In this document: positions 9,070 through 16,033 of the stretch, piece after piece | Layout of the letters: each line of letters starts with the position of its first letter | Position numbering within the stretch: position 1 is the stretch's first letter | Source of the DNA: Planctomycetota bacterium | Lineage (GTDB): Bacteria > Planctomycetota > Phycisphaerae > SM23-33 | Reading direction: 5' to 3' | DNA length: 64,000 bases | NCBI GenBank assembly: GCA_029553505.1 | Contig: JAKPKY010000165.1 | Span: 36,595 to 100,594, forward strand | The notes under the pieces: generated by a model | Told to the model about the DNA's origin: nothing | Databases searched by the model: none | What the model saw: only the letters and a program-made list of their open reading frames with translations | Position numbers and translations under genes: made by a program

Positions 9070-10140
9070 ATGAGACGGTGCATTGCGGCGGTTCTGCTGG
9101 CGGGTCTCTGCGCGGGCGGGTGCTTCCGCGCGCCCGAGACGGTCAACGTGAACCTGGGCGGGGGGGGTGACGGCGGATCGGGCGGCGGCGGATCGTGGCG
9201 CGACCTGGCCGGGCAGTACGCCGGCGGGACGTTCCTCGACGCCGAGCAGGGCGTGCTGTTCTACGCCTACGACACGCTGGCCTACCCCGGCCGGGCCATC
9301 GGCCTGACCGCGTCGCTGCGGTCCGCCAAAAACCTGCGCGACCTTGCCGGCGCGGAGGTGGGCTTCTTCCGCGACGGGCGAATGGTCGGTCGCGCCCGGA
9401 CGAATGCCGACGGCATGGCGACGATCGCCTGGACGCCCCCGCGCGAGGGGAACTATGAGTTCACCGCGCGGATCCTCGCCCCGCCGCGCGACGACGACTA
9501 CGCCCAGTGCCCCGGCGTGGAGGCGATGCTGCTGGTGGCCGCCCACGAACGCGCCCAGCGGTTCGTCGTCATCGACCTGGATCACACGCTCGTGGACGCC
9601 GGGTTCCTGAAGGTGCTCGCGGGCGGGGCCCGGCCGATGGCCGATTCCGTCCGCGTCGCCACGCGACTCAGCGGGCGGTACGGCGTGATCTACCTGACGC
9701 AGCGCCCCGACCTGCTGACCCGCAAGAGCAAGCACTGGCTGCGGGCGAACGGATACCCCGTCGGTCCGCTGCTGACCGGCGAACTGAAGCACGCGCTGGA
9801 CAGCGGGGCGTTCAAGACGGCCAGGCTCAAGGATCTCCGGGCGGTCTACCCGAACGTCGCGATCGGCATCGGCGACAAGATTTCCGACGCCCAGGCCTAC
9901 GTGGACAACGGCCTGACCGCCTACCTCATTCCGCACTACAAGCCCAAGCCCAAGGACCTTCGCAAGCTGGCGCGGGAGATTCGCGACCTGCGAGGGCGAG
10001 GCCGCCTGCACGTCGTGGAGGACTGGCGGCAGATCGAGCGGGGCCTCTTCGACGGCGCAAGCTGGCCGCCCGAGACGTTCGCGCGGATGCTCGAGCGCCA
10101 GGCCGACCGCCTCGAACGGGAGAAGAAGGAAGAGGATTGA
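9070..10140 (+). CDS. Lipoprotein with Ig-like domain and HAD (LNS2/lipin-like) phosphatase domain
   Basis: Lipobox LCAGG-C; ARTNADGMATI (Ig-like); VVIDLDHTL (DxDxT), YLTQRP, GIGDKISDAQAY. Confidence 0.7.
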   Translation: MRRCIAAVLLAGLCAGGCFRAPETVNVNLGGGGDGGSGGGGSWRDLAGQYAGGTFLDAEQGVLFYAYDTLAYPGRAIGLTASLRSAKNLRDLAGAEVGFFRDGRMVGRARTNADGMATIAWTPPREGNYEFTARILAPPRDDDYAQCPGVEAMLLVAAHERAQRFVVIDLDHTLVDAGFLKVLAGGARPMADSVRVATRLSGRYGVIYLTQRPDLLTRKSKHWLRANGYPVGPLLTGELKHALDSGAFKTARLKDLRAVYPNVAIGIGDKISDAQAYVDNGLTAYLIPHYKPKPKDLRKLAREIRDLRGRGRLHVVEDWRQIERGLFDGASWPPETFARMLERQADRLEREKKEED

Positions 10141-10143
10141 AGT

Positions 10144-10220
10144 GTAGGGTGGGCAGCTCTGCTGCCCACGGGAAATAGCATTCGACCGAATCTGGTGGGC
10201 AGCTAAGCTGCCCACCCTAC
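10144..10220. repeat. GTAG-type REP doublet (REPIN), copy 1
   Basis: GTAGGGTGGGCAGCTCTGCTGCCCAC + 25-bp spacer + inverted unit ending CCCACCCTAC. Confidence 0.93.
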
Positions 10221-10263
10221 ATTGGGTGTCGTTTTGGAAGTGAAATACGCGAGGGTGTTGCCT

Positions 10264-10986
10264 ATGAGAAAGCGAAGTCCGGCAGCATTGGGCGTATTCG
10301 CGTTCCTATTCGCCGTCCTCGCTGTAGGGGGAATGCTGTGTCCGATCCATAACACGCTGAGCAAAGCAGCCATGATCGTCGGATGGTTCGGCCTGCTGAT
10401 TACGCTGATCGAACTTGCCTGGCGGCGCAGGTTCCTGCGGCTTGGTTTCGTGTTGATTCTCGTCGCGATGGTCCTCGTGTTCGTTCTTCCAGGGCGTCGC
10501 TGGGACCGGCAGGCGATTCGCGCCCGCTACGCGGACTATCTCCGGTCGTACGAGGGTGTCCGCTATGTCTGGGGCGGCGAAGGACGTCTGGGGATCGACT
10601 GCTCCGGCTTACCCAGGCGAGCGTATCGCGACGCTTTGTTGGCCGAGGGCCTGGTGACATTCAACGGAACCCTCACGCGCCTTTGGCTTGATCAGTGGTG
10701 GAACGATGCCGGGGCGAAGGCGATGGGCGAAGGGACGGAAGGCAGATTGATCCCGTTGGCGCGCCAGGATCCCGCCCATTCTGACGAGAGGTTGGAACCC
10801 GGAGACGTCGCAATTATCAACGCGAACACGCACTCCGTGGTATATCTGGGCGACGGCAGATGGATTGAAGCTGACCCCGGAGCGGGAAGGGTGCTCATTC
10901 ACGATGTCCGAACGGAGGGGCGATCCTTCCTGGGTGTTTCGCCCCGAGTGTTCCGATGGCGCGAACTGGTGGACGAGAAAACGTAG
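10264..10986 (+). CDS. Membrane-anchored NlpC/P60 family protein
   Basis: Three N-terminal hydrophobic segments; YVWGGEGRLGIDCSGL, PGDVA, HSVVYLGDGRWIEA; visibly lower GC than neighbours. Confidence 0.85.
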   Translation: MRKRSPAALGVFAFLFAVLAVGGMLCPIHNTLSKAAMIVGWFGLLITLIELAWRRRFLRLGFVLILVAMVLVFVLPGRRWDRQAIRARYADYLRSYEGVRYVWGGEGRLGIDCSGLPRRAYRDALLAEGLVTFNGTLTRLWLDQWWNDAGAKAMGEGTEGRLIPLARQDPAHSDERLEPGDVAIINANTHSVVYLGDGRWIEADPGAGRVLIHDVRTEGRSFLGVSPRVFRWRELVDEKT

Positions 10987-11059
10987 GGTGGGCAGCTCTG
11001 CTGCCCACGGGAAATAGCATTCGACCGAATCTGGTGGGCAGCAAAGCTGCCCACCCTCC
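10983..11059. repeat. GTAG-type REP doublet (REPIN), copy 2
   Basis: Direct repeat of 10144-10220 with 2 mismatches in 77 bp and an identical spacer; its GTAG supplies the TAG stop of the NlpC/P60 gene. Confidence 0.93.
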
Positions 11060-11085
11060 CTTGGCTCACGGCATAACGCTTTTTA

Positions 11086-11634
11086 TCAGGGCTCGATATA
11101 GATCGTCCACGGCTCGTCGACATTGCCGCACCAGTCCGGTTCGTAGGTTCCCTTCCTGACATACTGGCGGAATGTTGACCACGGCCAATCCTTCGGCCAT
11201 TGGACCAAGCCGTGCTTGACCGGATTGACGTGGATGTAATCCAGATGTCGCACGAAATCGCGCCGGTCGGCAATGGTATGTTCCCAGAATCGTTTTTCCC
11301 ATACTCCGCGAATTCGTTGCCGTTGCCGGCTGGCTGTGGGGTATCCTTCGCTTCCGCCAGCCAGCAACCACTCGTGGGTGAACCGTTTTTTGATTTGAGC
11401 GACTCGCGTGGAATAATCGACATCGCCGTACGGCAACGTCAATAGCATGTGCACATGATCGGGCAGGAGGACCACGGCGTCCAGCCGGAACGGCCGGCGG
11501 GCCTGTTCGGCGGCAATGGCCTTTCGAAGAAGGGATCGCGCCAAGGAATTGCACAGAATCCGCCGTCGCTGATGCGTAGCCAGCGTGAGGAAATATTGCC
11601 CACCCTCAATTCGCCGTCGACGATAGTTCGGCAT
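11086..11634 (-). mobile_element. REP-associated tyrosine transposase (RAYT, IS200-like Y1 HUH; YafM-like)
   Basis: MPNYRRRRIEGGQYFLTL, LPDHVH (HUH), VWEKRFWEHTI, DYIHVNPVKHGLV, DWPWST; flanked by REPs. Confidence 0.95.
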
Positions 11635-11666
11635 GGCCCCGTTCCGCAACGAAAGGGTGCGATTCC

Positions 11667-11801
11667 GTGGGCAGCAGAGCTACCCACCCTACGCAGGCAT
11701 CAGGAGCGTATCGGTTGAAGGCATCGTCGTCAATTGTCGCCTCGGCGATTGTGGCGAGCCGGGGGGCATGGTTCCGTGGGCAGCAAAGCTGCCCACCCTA
11801 C
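11667..11801 (-). repeat. Two single GTAG REP units upstream of RAYT (11667-11692, 11776-11801)
   Basis: GTGGGCAGCAGAGCTACCCACCCTAC and GTGGGCAGCAAAGCTGCCCACCCTAC in the same orientation. Confidence 0.9.
11705..11733 (-). promoter_or_regulatory. Probable RAYT promoter between two REP units
   Basis: Minus strand TTGACG-17 nt-TACGCT. Confidence 0.6.
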
Positions 11802-12125
11802 ATGGGCTTCGACCTTTTCCGAAATGGCGCCGGCGCGGGCACAAAACGGAGGACGCCGAACCGCAAGCCGTTCGAGAGGTTTTCCCCCCTTCTGGGGTTG
11901 GGGGTAGAGCCGCCGCAAAAAACGGTCGCACGCGAAGCCGTGGGGGGTTATAATCGTTTCGTGCCGTCGCTGCCGTGGGAACGCGGGTGAGGCGGCACGG
12001 GCCGGCGGGGCTTTCCTCCCGGCCGACGCCTTTCGGGGCGTTTGGACCCCGGTGACGGGCCGGGAGACTGGAACCGATGCATCCCTCCGCGGGCCGCCGC
12101 GGCCGCTGAAACCTGGAGCCGCACC

Positions 12126-13628
12126 ATGCCCGAAGAGCATGCGCCGACGCCCGAGATGGGCGACGCGCAGGACGCCCTGCCGGATTCGTCCGCGCCGATC
12201 TTCCCGCCCGATCAATCCCCCGACGCGCCGATGGCGGCCCCGTCGGACGCGCCGCAGGTTGCGCCGCCGGCCGAGCCGGTCGAGACAGAGCAGGCCGCCG
12301 GCGAGGGCGAATCGCGCGGGCGGGGTCCGACGGCCGTCGTCCGCTACGGACTGATGCTCAACGTCGGCGAGTTCCGCCACAACCTGGAGCATCCGCCCCG
12401 GCCGGGCACGAAGGTCGTCATCCGCACCGACCGCGGCGTGGAGCTGGGCGAGGTGGCCGAGTCCGTCTGCGCCGAAGCCTGCGACCGGTGCATCAGCCCG
12501 GAGCGCCTGGACCGGTTCGTCCGCGACAACGGCCCGGACTATCCGTTCCGGCGCGACGGGAAGATCCTCCGCGTGGCCAACCCGCAGGACGTGATCGACT
12601 TCCGCCACCTGGAGACTTCCGCGCGCGAGGCGGGCGCGTATTGCCGGGAGAAGATGCGCGAGCTGAAGCTGGACATGAAGGTGGTGGCCGTCGAGCACCT
12701 GCTGGGCGGCGAGCGCCTGGTGTTCTATTTCACGTCGGAGTCGCGCGTGGACTTCCGCGAGCTGGTGCGCCTGCTCGCCTCGCAGTACCGCACGCGGATC
12801 GAGATGCGCCAGGTAGGCGCCCGCGACGAGGCCCGCCTCGTGGGCGACTACGAGCGCTGCGGGCAGCGCTGCTGCTGCCAGCAATACCTCAAGGACCTGC
12901 GCCCGATCTCGATGCGGATGGCCAAGACGCAGAAGGCGACGCTCGACCCGTCGAAGATTTCCGGTCGGTGCGGGCGGCTGATGTGCTGCCTGCGCTACGA
13001 GGACGAGACGTACGAGGACCTGCGCAAGCGCCTGCCGCGGCGGAACGTCTGGGTGCGCACGGCCGCCGGCGTGGTGGGACGCGTGATCGACGGGCAGATT
13101 CTCACGCAACTGGTGCGCCTGGCGCTGAACGACGGCACGATGGTCAGCGTGCCCAACGAGGAGATCGTGGAGCGGAACGTCGAACCGCAGGCGCCCGCGC
13201 CGGCGCCGCAGCGTCCCGCGCCGCGCGAGGAGCGAGGCCCGCGGCAGTTTTTGCGAGACCAGATCGAGTCGCCCGAGACGGCGGCCGCCGAGCAGCCCGC
13301 GACCGTCGGCGCGCCCGAGCCGCGGCCGGATGCCGCGCCGGCGCAGGCGGGCGGCGAGGGCGAGCGCGGGAAGCGCCGCCGTCGCCGGCGGAAGAAGAAG
13401 CCCGGCGGGCAGGCGCCGCAGGGCGCGCCGTCGCAGCCGCCGCCCGCGGGCGGGGCGCCGCAGGCTGCGCCGAACCGTCCCGCGCCGCCGCCCGGGCAGG
13501 GGGCGCCGCAGGGCTTCGGTGAGGGCGGAAAACGCAGGAAACGCCGGCGACGCAAGAAAAAGGGCGGTTCCCAGGGCGGCCCGGCCGGCCCCGGCGCGCC
13601 GCCGCCATTCGCCCCGCCGCAGGCGTAA
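12126..13628 (+). CDS. ricT: PSP1-domain protein (RicT/YaaT family)
   Basis: FYFTSESRVDFRELVR, RIEMRQVGARDEAR, CGQRCCC, KISGRCGRLMCCLRYE; disordered termini. Confidence 0.9.
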   Translation: MPEEHAPTPEMGDAQDALPDSSAPIFPPDQSPDAPMAAPSDAPQVAPPAEPVETEQAAGEGESRGRGPTAVVRYGLMLNVGEFRHNLEHPPRPGTKVVIRTDRGVELGEVAESVCAEACDRCISPERLDRFVRDNGPDYPFRRDGKILRVANPQDVIDFRHLETSAREAGAYCREKMRELKLDMKVVAVEHLLGGERLVFYFTSESRVDFRELVRLLASQYRTRIEMRQVGARDEARLVGDYERCGQRCCCQQYLKDLRPISMRMAKTQKATLDPSKISGRCGRLMCCLRYEDETYEDLRKRLPRRNVWVRTAAGVVGRVIDGQILTQLVRLALNDGTMVSVPNEEIVERNVEPQAPAPAPQRPAPREERGPRQFLRDQIESPETAAAEQPATVGAPEPRPDAAPAQAGGEGERGKRRRRRRKKKPGGQAPQGAPSQPPPAGGAPQAAPNRPAPPPGQGAPQGFGEGGKRRKRRRRKKKGGSQGGPAGPGAPPPFAPPQA

Positions 13629-13649
13629 GTCACGCTGTCATAAACTGCT

Positions 13650-13840
13650 TGAACAGTGGAGCAGTAGAACCGCCCTTCGACTCGCTCCGCTCGCTTCGGG
13701 CCAGGAGACCGCAGGCGAGCTGTCGCGCGGTTTGGAAACGACAGGGCGAAAATTCAGGATTTCCCCGCTTCCCCTGTTTCCCTGTTCTCCTGCTCGCCTG
13801 CTCTAAGTTGCCTGCAAAAATTCTTTTTGCAGGCAACTTA
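13650..13840. repeat. Composite intergenic repeat, family C, with 17-bp perfect hairpin
   Basis: CAGGAGACCGCAGGCGAGC and CTGTTCTCCTGCTCGCCTGCTCTA recur inverted at 40446-40556; hairpin TAAGTTGCCTGCAAAAA/TTTTTGCAGGCAACTTA at 13804-13840. Confidence 0.75.
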
Positions 13841-14977
13841 GTGCCAGGTCACCTGGAAGCGCGCCAAAGTCAGGGCGCGGCGGAGCAGGCTCTTGCCCTC
13901 GCCGTCGACGGCCATGTGCTTGACCTCCCACAGCGGGGCCTTGAGGCGCAGCGATTCCTTGCCCGAGCCCTGGGCGACCTGGACCTCGACGGGGTCGATC
14001 AGCCCGGCCTCGTGATGCCGGCGGTTGGCGTGGTAGATCATCCTCCCGTTGGACACGACGATGCCGAACATGCCGTCTTCCGTGCGGGCGTGGTCGCGGT
14101 CGGCCACGTAGGCGAGGAACCGCTCCGCCGGCAGCGGGCGGAACCATTGCTCGATGCGGTGGCGGACGACGTCGGGGATCAGGTCCCAGGGGTGTTCCGC
14201 CGTTTTCTCGATGCGTCGGCGCAGGGATTCGTGGCAGGGGGTTCCCTCTCCGCCGGCCTGGATGAGGAATTCCTCCGCGCGGCGGAGGTTGCGGATCTGG
14301 AGGCGGCAGGTTCCCTGCCCGGTGACGGAGTGGATGTTGATCTGCCCGCCGATCTCGCCGGTTCCGGTGCACATGTCGCAGAGGAAGTAGGGCATGGGCA
14401 GGTCGCCGGGGTGCGGCACGTTGGGCACTTTCGGCAGGCGGTTGAGCAGTTCGTCGTTGCCCAGGTCGCGGATTTCCTCCTCGCTGAGGACCAGGGCCCC
14501 GGCGGAGTGTTCGGCTTCGAGGCTGCGGCTGTCGATCAGCTCGGGGGCGAAGATCACCACGTGGGCCCGCAGGTGCATGCGGCTGGAGCAGCCCAGGCAG
14601 CGTCGGGGCATGGCCGCGCGGAAGGCGGGCTCCAACAGGCGCGACGCGGGGAACAGGAACGTCGCGCCCTTGCGGTCCATCCGCACGAGGCGCAGGCCCT
14701 CGGCCAGCGCGGGCAGGACGGCCGTCTGACCCGAGATCACCTCTTCGGCGCCGGTGAGTTTCGCCTCGCCCGTGGGCGGCGCGTGGAGGTCCTCGTACAG
14801 GTCGCGCAGGTGCTCTTCCTGGAGCATGGAGGCGATCGCCTCGTCGGTCATCGCGACGCGCCGGGGCAGGCGGAACCGCGTGTGGCAGACGCCGCAGCGG
14901 ACCACGCAGTTGGCGCACCCCGGCGGGGCCGCCAGGATCCTGCCGCAGGACGGACATTGCACCAGCCGATCGCGCAT
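13838..14977 (-). CDS. Hypothetical protein with N-terminal zinc-ribbon
   Basis: VQCPSCG...VRCGVCHTRF; further CLGC and CDMC pairs; RBS GGAGAGG before ATG 14977. Confidence 0.7.
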   Translation of the reverse strand: MRDRLVQCPSCGRILAAPPGCANCVVRCGVCHTRFRLPRRVAMTDEAIASMLQEEHLRDLYEDLHAPPTGEAKLTGAEEVISGQTAVLPALAEGLRLVRMDRKGATFLFPASRLLEPAFRAAMPRRCLGCSSRMHLRAHVVIFAPELIDSRSLEAEHSAGALVLSEEEIRDLGNDELLNRLPKVPNVPHPGDLPMPYFLCDMCTGTGEIGGQINIHSVTGQGTCRLQIRNLRRAEEFLIQAGGEGTPCHESLRRRIEKTAEHPWDLIPDVVRHRIEQWFRPLPAERFLAYVADRDHARTEDGMFGIVVSNGRMIYHANRRHHEAGLIDPVEVQVAQGSGKESLRLKAPLWEVKHMAVDGEGKSLLRRALTLARFQVTWH

Positions 14978-15205
14978 CGCAACCTCTCCAGGATCGGGCA
15001 AAGGTGGGAGCCGCCCGGGCTTTTCCGCCCGGACGACCCGGCGCGAAAAGCCCTCCGCTTCCCGCACCACCTATAGCCTACATTTCAAACCCCGCCCGAG
15101 CAAGCCAAGTACGCGGTTTCGCAAGTCCGAACGGGGGGTTTCGCGATCCGGCGCTTGATTGCGGCGCGCCAGGGCGTATCATCCGTCCTTCCACGCGGAG
15201 GCAAC

Positions 15206-15880
15206 ATGGCGACCTACAAGCTGAACATCGGGACGATTCGCGGCTGCCCGGCCCCGGGCGAGCTTCTCCAGGCCATCCAGGGCTTCGGACTGCCCGAAAC
15301 CGAGGAATACGGCGTGCTGAACTGCTCGGCGACCGACGGCGCCGTTTTCGCCACGATCGTGCGCAAGACCCAGCAGGCCGTGCCGAAACTCGACGCCGAC
15401 ACGCAGGAAGTGACGGCCGCGCCCGTCGAGCGCGTGACGGTCTACCCGTTGGCCGTCCGCCCCGCCCAGGAGCGCCTGGAAATCTACGCCGGGGCCGCCT
15501 CGTCCGTCGAGCAGGCGGGGGTGTTCTTCTCGAGCTGCCTGGCGCTGCCGACGGTCGTCGAGCCGATCGAGGTGGACATTCCCGCCGCCGTCGAGAAGCT
15601 CGCCAAGACCACCCAGCGGTTCCAGCTCCGCGCGATCCGCGTCCGCGAGTATGCCCACAACGCCTACATGGCCGGGACGTACGCCCCGAAGTTCCTCGAT
15701 ACCGAGCACGGCACGGACTTCCTGGCCGAATACGCCGAATCCGTCGCCGGCGCGAGTGTGCGATTCCAGGGCCCGACGGGGCGCGTGACGGTCGGGCTGT
15801 CCGGGCAGGCCGCGTTCAGCTTCTCCTGCGCGGAAGAAGACCTCGCCGCCGTCCGCGCCATCCTGAGAAAGCTGGTCTAG
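15206..15880 (+). CDS. Hypothetical protein
   Basis: RBS GGAGG, upstream TTGATT...TATCAT promoter-like motif, host-like codon usage; no family recognised. Confidence 0.7.
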   Translation: MATYKLNIGTIRGCPAPGELLQAIQGFGLPETEEYGVLNCSATDGAVFATIVRKTQQAVPKLDADTQEVTAAPVERVTVYPLAVRPAQERLEIYAGAASSVEQAGVFFSSCLALPTVVEPIEVDIPAAVEKLAKTTQRFQLRAIRVREYAHNAYMAGTYAPKFLDTEHGTDFLAEYAESVAGASVRFQGPTGRVTVGLSGQAAFSFSCAEEDLAAVRAILRKLV

Positions 15881-16033
15881 ATCGCCCCATGATGCCCGAA
15901 CAGTGGGTGCCACCCTCAATCCCGATGGTGTGTATCGGGATTGAGGGTGTTCGCACGCAATTGACAATTCGCAAGAGTTCCTTCTCCCACGAACCCATAC
16001 CCCCCCGCGGGCGATTCTGCTATCATCCGCCCC

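Noticed and set aside
11086..11634. IS200/IS605 insertion sequence
   Set aside because: No tnpB; motifs and multiple GTAG REPs fit a RAYT
10144..11801. CRISPR-like reading of the 26-bp repeats
   Set aside because: Units are inverted and irregularly spaced with a duplicated spacer, no cas genes, and a RAYT is adjacent, so they are REPs
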